From Eledone cirrhosa (lineage: Eukaryota), in the NCBI GenBank assembly GCA_964016885.1, contig OZ024743.1, positions 323,330,001 through 323,394,000 of the forward strand: 64,000 bases of DNA. The letters run 5' to 3'. Made by a program: the position numbers and the translations under genes. The notes under the pieces were generated by a model. That model saw nothing but the letters and a program-made list of their open reading frames with translations, was not told where the DNA came from and did not search any database. Positions within the stretch are counted from its first letter, which is position 1. Each line of letters starts with the position of its first letter. Shown piece by piece: positions 45,515 to 57,626 of the stretch.

Positions 45515-48075
45515 CATCATCATCATCATTTTACGTCTCCTTTTCCCTGCTTGCAAGGGTGGGACGGGTCTTATTCAGCACAGCATCTCTACATTTGTCA
45601 TCATATAACCGGCCTTTCGTACGCAGGGAGAAACCCTTCTTCGTCAGCAGAGGAAGCAGCTCCCTAAAGTTCTTCCAACCCGTCCTTATTCTAGATACTA
45701 TAGCCTCGGAACACCCTCCTCCCATGCTAATCTGATCTCCTAGGTACCGGAAGCTATCCACCACTTCTATAGCACTGCATTTGAAAAATGTGTCTATCAA
45801 TGCTACTTCTACTGTCTAATTTCCCTGTACATCTACTGCATACGTATTTCTCCCTATCTGTTAGTTTGCCTGCTATCCCGCTACATCTCTTGTGTGCATT
45901 TTATAGAATTTATGCCAGTTCCTTTTCTGCATATCGAACATGGCCATTTCTCTGATAGAATCAGAGTTTTGTCCTCTTTTCTACTCATCAACACTTTTGT
46001 TCTTAGCTAGGTTCACTCTCAGTCCTCTTGCCGTTTCCATAGCCAGAATTTATTCTCTAGCTCCTCTACTGATTCTGCTATAAGAACCAGATCGTCAGCA
46101 TAGAGAAGTTCCCATGGACAGCCATTCTTAAACTCCCCTGTTATGGCTTGGAGGACTATAATGAACAAGAGCGGGCTGAGGACCGAACCTTGATGTTCTC
46201 CTACTTGTATCTGGAATTCCTCACTAAACTCCATTCCTACCCTGACTTTACTGACAGCACCTCTGTACAAAGTTTGCACTGTCCTCACAAGCTATTCCTC
46301 AACACCTAGTTTCTTTAGGGACCACCAGATCACAGATCGGGGTACCCTATCAAAGGCCTTCTCTAGGTCAACAAAGGCTACGTATAGTGGCTTATTCTTC
46401 TCTAAGAACCTCTCTTGTAATTGTCTCACCAAGAAGAGGGCATCTGTTGTACTCTTCCCAGGCACAAAACCAAACTGCATCTCATCTAATTTGACCATTT
46501 CTCTAATTAGTTGTGCTAATATCCTTTCTGCCACTTTCATAACCTGATCCATCAGTTTTATACCCCTATAATTGCTCCTCTCCAGAGCATCCCCTTTACC
46601 TTTGTAGCAATTTATGAGAATACTGCTGCACCAGTCTTTGGGTATGACATCACCATATATAGCCTGATTGATGATGCGTGCAACCAGTTTAGTGCCTACG
46701 CCCCCTGATGCCTTCAGCATCTCAGCAACTATTCCCGATGGTTCAGCAGCCTTACCATTTTTCATTTCCCTAATCGCCTCTTGGACCCTATATTCGTCAA
46801 TCTCAATAGCTGGTTCCTCTGTCGGATCTACTGAGGGTAATTTCTCTCTCTCCCATTCGTTCTCCACATTCATCAGTCTCTCATAATGACATTTCCAGGC
46901 CTCCTTTTTCTGATCATTTGTGACACTAAGTACACCGGCATCATTCCGGACACATTTATCTCCAACAACATCCTGATTTGCATTGACACACTGCCTTGCA
47001 ATGTGGAACACCACACACCTCTGATCTTCCCATCGCAGAACATTGGCAACCCTCCTACTCTCAGCCTCCCTGCATGCTAAGTACACCCGACGTCTAGCTT
47101 CTCTCTTAGCGACTGTATATCCTTCCCTACACCCACCCTTTTTCCAAGCCTTCCATGCTAGTCTTTTGTCTCTAATGGACTTATCTACTGTGCTGTTCCA
47201 CCACCAGGTCACTCTCTGTCTGGTTGGAGCTCTGCTCCAGCCACAAGTTTCATCAGTAGCCTGCAGTAAGTTGTCACGTAAGAAATTCCAGTTATTATCT
47301 ATGTCATATGTCTCTAAATCGTCTTCTTTTTCGTCATACACATCTAAAAGGTCTTTTAGCTTCCAGACCTTTCTTCTCCACACCTTCCTGTATGTCTCAT
47401 TCCATCTCTTTCTTACTGAGATATCACTAACGACTAACCTATGCTGTGGGGTACATTCTTCCCCAGGGTATGCCTTGGTATTAGACACTATCTGCCTGTC
47501 CCGCTGCCTAACTAGTAAGAAGTCAATCTGGCTTATGTGCTCGCCTAAATTGTAGGTTATTAGGTGGTTGGCAGGTTTCTGGAAGTTAGTGTTGCAAATA
47601 GTCAGTGTACTTGCATCACAAAATTCAAGAAGTCTCACTCCTTCTCCATTTCTTGAGCCGTAATAGGGCCCACCATGTACCCCAGTGTAACCATCCTGGA
47701 GCTGTCCAACATGACCATTGAAGTCCCCTGCTAGCATAACGATGTCTCCATCTTCTGTCATTGCGGTTGCTCGTAAAAGTAGTCTTTCTCTTCTCTGCCT
47801 AGGCCTGCTTGGGGAGCATAGGCAGAGATGATTGTCAGTAGTCTCCTGCTTACAACTAGTCTAGTCTCGCAGAGGCACCCCTCCATCTCACCTCTTGCAC
47901 GCAGCATACATCCACATGCCTTCTCTCCAGCATCTCCGCTATTTCAGCAGATCTACCTCTGAGAGTGCCAACATTAAGTGTTGCACATCTGAGATGCGAC
48001 GTCTTCATATTTTGTTGTTCCTATCTATCTGTTGCTGTGCTGATAAGCGTTTTGGCATTGATACACTGGTTGGAT
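45515..48075 (-). mobile_element. RTE LINE subfamily C, near full-length but deleted and stop-interrupted
   Basis: APE (AGDFNGHVG, SQIDFLL, QHRLVVSD) and RT pieces in ORFs 46292..47761, 46019..46288, 45531..45800. Confidence 0.9.
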
Positions 48076-48087
48076 GCCCTTCCTTAT

Positions 48088-49934
48088 ATCATCATCATCA
48101 ACGTTTAACGTCCGTGTTCCACGCTTGCATGGGTTTGGACGGGGGTAGTCCCACTTGAGGCAAGAGTGATTGTCTTGCTCGCATAGGACTGTCTGGCAGG
48201 TTTTCTACAGTTGGATGCCCTTCCTAACACCAACCACATTTACAGTGTGGGTCTGGGAGGTTTTTACCGTGTTGCCTACACGGCCACATTACAGCGTGGA
48301 CTGTGTGTTTTTTGTCGTGACACCTACACGATCTCATTTGTTTCGGCCTGGATGGCGCGGCACCAACATAACTTTACATAGAATGGGGTGGTGTGGATGG
48401 GGTGGGGGTGGTGGGACGGGGTGTATTTTATTAGAGATGCCTACTGGCTGGAGTAGGTTTTACTATATATTTAGGTAAGGCGGGTTTTCTCTGTTACTGA
48501 GTACCGCCAAAGGTCTCGGTCCAGTGACATTGTCTTGGAGAGGTGTAAGTGTGTGATGTCGGAGTTTATCAGCTCGTCCCAGGTTTTTCTAGGTCTGCCT
48601 ATTCCGTGACTACCGTCTATCTTTATTGCCCTGCACTTTGTTATACAGCTATCGACTTTCATGCGCATCACGTGTCCATACCAACGTAGCCTTCTTTCGA
48701 GTAAACATCTGATCCCTCTTATCTCTAATTTTTTCCTTAGTTCGTTTATGCTTTGCCGTTCACGTATATTACTGTTACACATCCAGCGGAGCATGCAAGC
48801 TTCGTTCCTCTCTAGTCTGCGTATATCCTCTGCACACAATGCCCAGGTCTCACTGCCATGCAACATTGCTGTTCGTATGCAGGCATCGTACAACCTGCCT
48901 TTCATTTTTAGGGAGAACCCTTTAGCAGCTAATAGTGGTATAAGCTCTCTGAACTTTTTCCAACCAGTTCTGACTCTAGCTACAGTACTTTCAGAGCACC
49001 CTCCCCCACTGCTGATTTTATCGCCCAGGTAACGGAAGCTGTCCACTATTTCTATAGAACCCTCTGCGCAATTGAAAGAGCTAGTATTTTGTGGGCACTT
49101 GCTGCTACTTATTGCACCAGAACACCGGCCACATGTAAAATCTATGTTCTTAGTTAGCTTACCTGTGATCCCACTACATCTTTTATGCACCCATACTTTG
49201 CATTTAGGACATAAAATGGAGTTTCTACCTACGCCTTTCCTACACACCGAGCACGACCATTTCCCAGAAGGGACCGCCGCCTTGTTTTCTTTCCTACAAA
49301 CTAGAACTTTGGTCTTAGCCAGGTTAATTTTAAGTCCTTTTGACTCTAGGCCGTGCTTCCATGTTTGGAATTTCTTCTCTAGCTCGGCCATTGATTCCGC
49401 TATGAGTGTCAGGTCGTCTGCGTATAGGAGTTCCCATGGGCAGCCTGTCTTGAACTCCTCTGTTATAGCCTGAAGGGCAATAATAAATAGTAGGGGGCTG
49501 AGAACAGAGCCCTGATGGACGCCAACTTTTACGCTAAACTCTTCACTATATTCGTTGTTAATTCTAACCTTGCTGACTGTTTCTTTATACATGGCTTGTA
49601 TAGCCCTCACAAGCCATTCGTCAACGCCTAGTTTTCTAAGAGCCCACCAGATAATGGAGCGGGGGACTCTGTCGAAGGCTTTCTCCAAGTCGACAAAAGC
49701 TAAGTAGAGGGGTTTACCTTTAGCTAGGAACTTCTCCTGTAGTTGTCGTACTATGAAAAGAGCGTCTGTGGTACTTTTGCCTGACACAAACCCGAACTGC
49801 ATTTCATCTAGGTCAATTCTCTCTCTGATTAGTTGCGCTATTACTTTTTCCGTGACCTTCATGACCTGGTCGATTAATTTAATGCCTCTATAGTTACTCC
49901 TATCTAGGGCGTCTCCTTTACCCTTATAACAGTT
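48088..49934 (-). mobile_element. RTE LINE subfamily A, 5'-truncated in (TA)n
   Basis: Open RT+PHD frame from NCYKGKG to stop at 48471; subfamily A 3' UTR. Confidence 0.95.
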
Positions 49935-49989
49935 ATATATATATATATACATATATATATAGATATATATATATATACATATATATATA

Positions 49990-50058
49990 GTGTGAAGTTT
50001 GGGTTTGAAATAAATCTTTTGTGACATCAGTCCTGGAACTTTTCTGACACACCTCGTA
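49990..50058 (-). mobile_element. Isolated mariner-like terminal inverted repeat
   Basis: - strand TA-CGAGGTGTGTCAGAAAAGTTCC resembles mariner ITR starts; no partner end found. Confidence 0.55.
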
Positions 50059-50138
50059 TATATATATATATATACATATAGATATATATGCAAGCAGGGA
50101 AAAGTGGACGTAAAATGATGATGATGATATATATATAT

Positions 50139-50855
50139 ACTAGCAGTGGTACCCGGCGTTGCACGGGATAAGGTATTTTGGAACGCGGGCCACCAACAGA
50201 CCTAATCGTGGAAAAGCTGCATGCCTGGAAAATATGTAAATAATAAACCGAATACTCTGGTGGCTGGATAATCTAAGATTTTCCTCAATGAAGCAGGAAA
50301 AATGCAGGTTTTCACCTAATGCGGGCCCTAGGGGATCAAGCAAATTAGTTTTCTTTTATGCGCGTAATATGCCTTGAAATTTTGGGAAATCGGCTAGATG
50401 TAACACCTCAACAAAGCCCTAAAAAGCTGAAAAAATTAAGTTTTTCACCTAATGCGGGCCCCTAGGCCAGAAAAAGTTGGATTTTCTTTGCTCACGGTAT
50501 GAAGAAGAGACTGACTAATACATAGTTACAAATTCAAGTCTGACCTAACGCCTCAAAAAAAACCCAAAAGCTGAAAAAATACAGTTTTTCACCTAATGCG
50601 GACCCTAGGGGATCAAAAAGTTGAATCTTTTAAATGTGCATTACAATTCCCTGAAACATAAGTAATACACATGTAAAGTTTGAAAAAAAAATCGTTTGGG
50701 TACTTCTCGGGTTTCACACACACGCACATACATACATACATACATCCTTCCTCAGTTGTATATATATACATATATAGATTAAAATAACAGATTAAAGTGA
50801 GGTGTGTAGGATACATACATAATACATCGACGCTCAGCTTTATAATATTATAGAT
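50139..50855 (+). mobile_element. Non-autonomous Helitron/Helentron-like (HINE/Lep1-type) element
   Basis: 5' ACTAGCAGTGGTACCCGGCGTTGCACGGG hairpin; three internal TTTTCACCTAATGCGG repeats; (ACAT)n; 3' end TTTATAATATTATAGAT. Confidence 0.65.
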
Positions 50856-50884
50856 ATAAACATTCATATTATATATATATAGAG

Positions 50885-51430
50885 AGATTTTGAGTATATG
50901 TTAGTTGTATACCAACACCTCAGTATGCAGGCTGGAGCACTCGACGAAGTGCGCAGGTTGGTTTGGTTACTCCGGAGTAATGTAAAATAAAGTTAAATAA
51001 AAAGTCAAATGTTTAAAATTTAGCTTCGCTTATTACTGCTATGTATATTTTAGTGACAGCCATCTTTGGCTGTGACCTCTTCAGGCAGTCCAAATTAGTG
51101 TGGTATAGACAAGTACATATGTTGTTGAGGTGTATAATTTTGTCAATACTCTGATATGCCCAGTTCCTGGTTGGGTTGTTATTTCACTGAGGAACTGGAA
51201 TCATAATGATGATTCCAGTTCCTCAGTGAAATAACAACCCAACCAGGAACTGGGCATATCAGAGTATTGACAAAATTATACACCTCAACAACATATGTAC
51301 TTGTCTATACCACACTAATTTGGACTGCCTGAAGAGGTCACAGCGAAATATGGCTGTCACTGAAATATATATAGCAGTAATAAACGAAGCTAAATTTTAA
51401 ACATTTGACTTTTTATTTAACTTTATTTTA
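50885..51430 (-). mobile_element. Penelope-like fold-back element 1 (~222-bp arms, 4-nt loop)
   Basis: Inverted repeat 50983-51204 / 51209-51430; hammerhead motif in the arms. Confidence 0.75.
51324..51378 (+). ncRNA. Type I hammerhead ribozyme motif
   Basis: ACTGC-CTGAAGA-GGTCACAGC/GCTGTCACT-GAAA-TATATA-TA|GCAGT: stems I and II pair; palindromic minimal stem III. Confidence 0.75.
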
Positions 51431-51439
51431 TATATATAT

Positions 51440-52379
51440 ACATAGTATTAATTATACTATTTATGGTTATGCAAATACAAAAACCTTTTGTAGTTATATA
51501 TATTTTTATAAACCCTAAATAGTGTTAGGCAGTAATATATTACTACCTTATTACCAGTAAGTTAAATAGCTCAATGTAATAACATCAGATGATTTACAGA
51601 GCAGTTATATGAATTATATGAATCAAAGAACTGTTCAAAACATTTTTATGCTTACAACTGTTTCCTCCAAACCGAGGTTTGAATTCTTCGGAGCAATTTA
51701 TTATTGAATGAACACTTATATGACCTCCTTTTCACCCAAGAGACATACAGATACATATGCAAATATTGTGGGTCAACATTCATTGCAGCATTTAGTGTGG
51801 CAGTACACATTTAGAGATTACATTCATATTAAAAGATACAATCAAAAATACAACATGAAATTAAGCGGTTATAGAGTGCAATGGTTATATGTGTGGCAAG
51901 CACGTGCGTCTTGTTTATATAGTGTGGCAGAGAGTTACGTGTAATAGAAGCACTTAAGCAGGTAATCAAGAGTGTTAAGGGGGTTGATCTGGTAACCCCC
52001 TTAACACTCTTGATTACCTGCTTAAGTGCTTCTATTACACGTAACTCTCTGCCACACTATATAAACAAGACGCACGTGCTTGCCACACATATAACCATTG
52101 CACTCTATGACCGCTTAATTTCATGTTGTATTTTAACCTGTATTTTTGATTGTATCTTTTAATATGAATGTAATCTCTAAATGTGTACTGCCACACTAAA
52201 TGTTGCAATGAATGTTGACCCACAATATTTGTATCTGTATGTCTCTTGGGTGAAAAGGAGGTCATATAAGTGTTCATTCAATAATAAATTGCTCCGAAGA
52301 ATTCAAACCTCGGTTTGGAGGAAACAGTTGTAAGCATAAAAATGTTTTGAACAGTTCTTTGATTCATATAATTCATATA
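51440..52379 (-). mobile_element. Penelope-like fold-back element 2 (~380-bp arms, 8-nt loop)
   Basis: Inverted repeat 51606-51985 / 51994-52379; explains the mirrored ORFs 51708+ and 52277-. Confidence 0.7.
52290..52336 (+). ncRNA. Variant hammerhead-like motif (core CCGAAGA)
   Basis: TGCT-CCGAAGA-A-TTCAAACC/GGTTTGGA-G-GAAA-CAGTTG-TA|AGCA; U4C core change and non-canonical stem II closure. Confidence 0.5.
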
Positions 52380-52959
52380 TATACATATAAACATTCCCCA
52401 TGCAAGCGTGGAAGATGGACGTTAAACAATGATGATATATATATATATATACATATAAACATTCATATTATATATATATATATAAACATTCATATTATAT
52501 ATATATATATAAACATTCATATTATATATATATATATAAACATTCATATATATATATATATAAACATTCATATTATATATATATAAACATTCATATTATA
52601 TATATATAAACATTCATATTATATATATATATAAACATTCATATTATATATATATAAACATTCATATTATATATATATATACATATGAATGTTTATATGT
52701 ATATATATATATTTATAATATGAATGTTTATATTATATATATATATATAATAATAATAAAATGTGGAGAGGAGGCACGCGAGTTAGGATATATATATATA
52801 AATATATATGAAAACAGGGAGAAAGAGACGATTATGAGAAAGAAAAAACTTTTTTTCCTTTTTTTTTTGTCTCTTTTTTCTGGGTTAGAAAATGATTAAA
52901 ACAAAATGTTTTACTTTGTGTGAAGTGTTAAGGTATTAGTTGATTTATTATTTAACAAT

Positions 52960-53082
52960 TGTTTCTACTTTAGGCACAAGGCCAGCAATTACCCAGTGCA
53001 TTACTGGTACTTTATTTTATCGACCCCGTAAGGATGAAAGGCAAAGTCAACCTCGGCGGAATTTGAACTCAGATCGTAAAGG
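52960..53082 (-). mobile_element. 5'-truncated SINE family 2 with 18-bp TSD
   Basis: TSD GATTTATTATTTAACAAT at 52942-52959 and 53083-53100; absent from the inverted arm. Confidence 0.9.
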
Positions 53083-53596
53083 GATTTATTATTTAACAAT
53101 GGCATTTATTTATCTATTTAATTATTGTCTATTACCGGTTTCTGCATTTATATGCATAATCAAATGATAGTGAAACGTATTAGTGTGGTGTCGCACATGT
53201 TAAACAGAATGTGCAGAAAGAATAATGTTATATACAAACAAGGTTTAAAAAGTGAAAAAAAAAAGGGAAAAAAAAAGTGCATAATGTGGAACGTAAAAAG
53301 TCAATGTGGAAGAAAAGTTAATGTTATTTACAAGCACAGTCATTGAAGTTAAGCAGTTCAAAATGTGTTAATATCGCAAGAGTGTTTAGTTGAACCATGG
53401 TTCCGTGAAGGAGGCAAATGGTGGACTGTGGTTTGGTATGATTTCCTTTTTTAGAGAGTTAATATGCAGGGGGAAGCAATTCTTGCTGGGTGATATTTAA
53501 TTTATTTAAGAAAAAGGATTAGGTAGGGTGTGAGGGAGGTAACTCTTGTAAATGTTTGATGGTTTGTTGCAGTTTTAGAAAGGTCCGAATTTAAGG

Positions 53597-53961
53597 GCAT
53601 TAAGTACTGGTTGAAATTAATTAATGAAATGTGTTTCCTTATTGGTGCGTTGGATGAAAGTAGCGTTGTCTATGAATTTGTAAATGGGGAAATTTTAAAG
53701 TTTGGAAGCTGGTTGTGAGCATATGTGGCGATATGTTCACTAAATGCAATCTTTCTGTATTCCTGTATTTTAATTTGTGATTTATGGACGGTCATACGTT
53801 GACGGGAGGCTGTTTTTTGTCTGTCCTATATAGTGCTCTAGACAACCTGAGCAAGTCAAAACATAGATAAGATTTTCAGATGCACATGTAAAGTTGTGTT
53901 TAACTGTGAAACGTTGTCCTTGTTTAAAATGGAATGTTGAACCTTCTATTAGATTTATGCA
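53597..53961 (-). pseudogene. Penelope-type GIY-YIG endonuclease remnant
   Basis: CINLIEGSTF..NFTCASENLIYVLTCSGCLEHYIGQTKNSL/RQRMTVH..SEH..NFKI/FPIY..KETHFIN*FQPVLN; two frameshifts, one stop. Confidence 0.88.
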
Positions 53962-54158
53962 TATTAGATTTATGCATAAATAGATAAATAAATGCCATTG
54001 TTAAATAATAAATAAATCAACTAATACCTTAACACTTCACACAAAGTAAAACATTTCGTTTTAATCATTTTCTAACCCAGAAAAAAGAGAGAGAGGGACA
54101 CAAAAAAAAAAGGAAAAATTTTTTTTTTCCTCATAATCGTCTCTTTCTCCCTGTTTTC

Positions 54159-54189
<31 letters not shown>

Positions 54190-54599
54190 TATATACATAT
54201 ATACATATACATATATATACACATTCTTACTATATATATATATATATATACACATATAAATATCATATTATATATATACATAAAACATTCATATTATATA
54301 TATATATAAACATTCATATTATATATATAAACATTCATATTATATATATATATATATAAACATTCATATTATATATATATAAACATTCATATCGTTGATG
54401 GGCGTGAGCCCGAAATATTGGGATTAAATCTCTACTACGGTAACCCTTCTACCTTTGTTTTGTTTTCATCTTTGTCTCTCTCAATTTTCACTTTCACCTG
54501 TTTTTCCTATCTATATTTCACTTCCTACCTCGAGATTTCCCTTTGCATTGTTGTGGCTTTCTTAAATACATATATATATATATATATACACATTCATAT

Positions 54600-54630
<31 letters not shown>

Positions 54631-54661
54631 TCATATTATATATATATATATATACACATTC

Positions 54662-54698
<37 letters not shown>

Positions 54699-54700
54699 TC

Positions 54701-54746
<46 letters not shown>

Positions 54747-54758
54747 TATAAACATTCA

Positions 54759-54805
<47 letters not shown>

Positions 54806-54817
54806 TATAAACATTCA

Positions 54818-54858
<41 letters not shown>

Positions 54859-54907
54859 TATAAACATCCATACTATATATATATATATATATATATATAA
54901 ACATTCA

Positions 54908-54954
<47 letters not shown>

Positions 54955-54966
54955 TATAAACATTCA

Positions 54967-55019
<53 letters not shown>

Positions 55020-55214
55020 TATAAACATTCATACTATATATATATATATATATATATAAACATTCATACTATATATATATATATATAAACATTCATACTA
55101 TATATATATATATAAACATTCATACTATATATATATATATATAATCATTCATACTATATATATATATATATATATATAAACATTCATACTATATATATAT
55201 ATCTATATATATAT

Positions 55215-55246
<32 letters not shown>

Positions 55247-56857
55247 TTTACGTCCGCTTTTCCCTGCTTGCAAGGGTGGGACGGGTCTTATTCAGCACAG
55301 CATCTCTCCACTCGTCACGGTCCCTCGTCATCTCCACCGTGAGCTTCAATGATCTGAGGTCTGTTCTCACCACCTCCGCCCATGTTTTTCGTGGTCTACC
55401 TCTACTACGTCTTCCTTCAACTGGCATTTCCTGGCACTTCTTCACCCATCGGTCATCCTCCATGCGCATCACATGTCCATACCACCTCAGTCTCCTCTCC
55501 CGTACACTACATTCTATCCCTCTCAGACACAGTTTCTCTCTCAACACATTTATGCTGGGTCGTTCACGCACATTTACACTGCACATCCAACGGAGCATGC
55601 TTGCCTCATTTCTCTCCAGCCGTCGCATATCTTCTGCGGTAGCTGCCCATGTCTCACTACCATGCAGCATCGCGCTCCTCACACAGGCATCATACAACCG
55701 GCCTTTCGTACGCAGGGAGAAACCCTTCTTCGTCAACAGAGGAAGCAGCTCCCTAAACTTCTTCCAACCCGTCCTTATTCTAGATACTATGGCCTCGGAA
55801 CACCCTCCTCCCATGCTAATCTGATCTCCTAGGTACCGGAAGCTATCCACCACTTCTATAGCGCCCTCTCGCATTTGAAAAATGTGTCTATCAGTGCGAC
55901 TTCTACTGTCTAATTTCCCTGTACATCTACTGCATACATATTTCTCCCTACCTGTTAGTTTGCCTGCTATCCCGCTACATCTCTTGTGTACCCAGGACCT
56001 ACATTGTGTGCATTTTATAGAATTTATGCCAGTTCCTTTTCTGCATATCGAACATGGCCATTTCCCTGACGGAATCAGGGTTTTGTCCTCTTTTCTACTC
56101 ATCAACACTTTTGTCTTAGCTAGATTTACTCTCAGTCCTCTTGCTTCCAACTGCTGTTTCCATAGCCGGAATTTATTCTCTAGCTCCTCTACTGATTCTG
56201 CCATAAGAGCCAGATCGTCAGCATAGAGAAGTTCCCATGGACAGCCAGTCTTAAACTCCTCTGTTATGGCTTGGAGGACTATAATGAACAAGAGCGGGCT
56301 GAGGACCGAACCCTGATGTACTCCTACTTGTATCTGGAATTCCTCACTAAACTCCATTCCTACCCTGACTTTACTGAGAGTACCTCTGTACAAAGTTTGC
56401 ACTGTCCTTACAAGCCATTCCTCAACACCCAGCTTCCTTAGGGACCACCAGATGACAGATCGGGGTACCCTATCAAAGGCCTTCTCTAGGTCAACAAAGG
56501 CCAAGTATAGTGGCTTATTCTTCTCTAAGAACCTCTCTTGCATTTGTCTCACCAAGAAGAGGGCATCTGTTGTACTCTTCCCAGGCACAAAACCAAACTG
56601 CATCTCATCTAGTTTGACCCTTTCTCTAATTAGTTGTGCTAAAATCCTTTCTGCCACTTTCATAACCTGATCTATCAGTTTTATACCCCTATAATTGCTC
56701 CTCTCCAAAGCATCCCCTTTACCTTTGTAGCAATTTATGAGAATACTGCTGCACCAGTCTTTGGGTATGACACCACCATATATAGCCTGATTGATTATGC
56801 GTGCAACCAGTTTAGTGCCTACGTCCCCTGATGCCTTCAGCATCTCAGCAACTATTC
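55215..56857 (-). mobile_element. RTE LINE subfamily C, 5'-truncated, open RT+PHD frame
   Basis: ORF 55248..56843; the stop codon lies in the terminal GGACGTAAAAT(GAT)n tail. Confidence 0.95.
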
Positions 56858-56893
56858 AAAAATCAGAACTATATATATATATATAAACATTCA

Positions 56894-56939
<46 letters not shown>

Positions 56940-56944
56940 ATTCA

Positions 56945-56990
<46 letters not shown>

Positions 56991-56995
56991 ATTCA

Positions 56996-57039
<44 letters not shown>

Positions 57040-57047
57040 AACATTCA

Positions 57048-57162
<115 letters not shown>

Positions 57163-57235
57163 TCATATTATATATATATACATATATATAAACATTCATA
57201 CTATATATATATATATATATATATATAAACATTCA

Positions 57236-57275
<40 letters not shown>

Positions 57276-57280
57276 ATTCA

Positions 57281-57348
<68 letters not shown>

Positions 57349-57626
57349 ATTCATATTATATATATATATATACATATAAACATTCATATTATATATATAT
57401 ATACATATAAACATTCATATTATATATATATATATATACATATAAACATTCATATTATATATATATATATACATACATATAAACATTCATATTATATATA
57501 TACATATAAACATTCATATTATATATATAAACATTCATATTATATATATAAACATTCATATTATATATATATAAACATTCATATTATATATATAAACATT
57601 CATATTATATATATATATATATATAT

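Larger units (their letters stand above)
52760..54160 (-). mobile_element. Penelope-like element 3: GIY-YIG C-terminus + 3' UTR + inverted terminal copy
   Basis: Arms ~52802-53120 and 53977-54160 are inverted copies; endonuclease remnant lies between them. Confidence 0.85.

Noticed and set aside
51708-52277. Two near-identical ~80 aa ORFs on opposite strands
   Set aside because: By-product of the inverted repeat; no recognisable protein motif
53597-53961. Naiad-type selenoprotein Penelope element
   Set aside because: The endonuclease is C-terminal, Cys codons are TGC/TGT and the in-frame stop is TAA, not TGA
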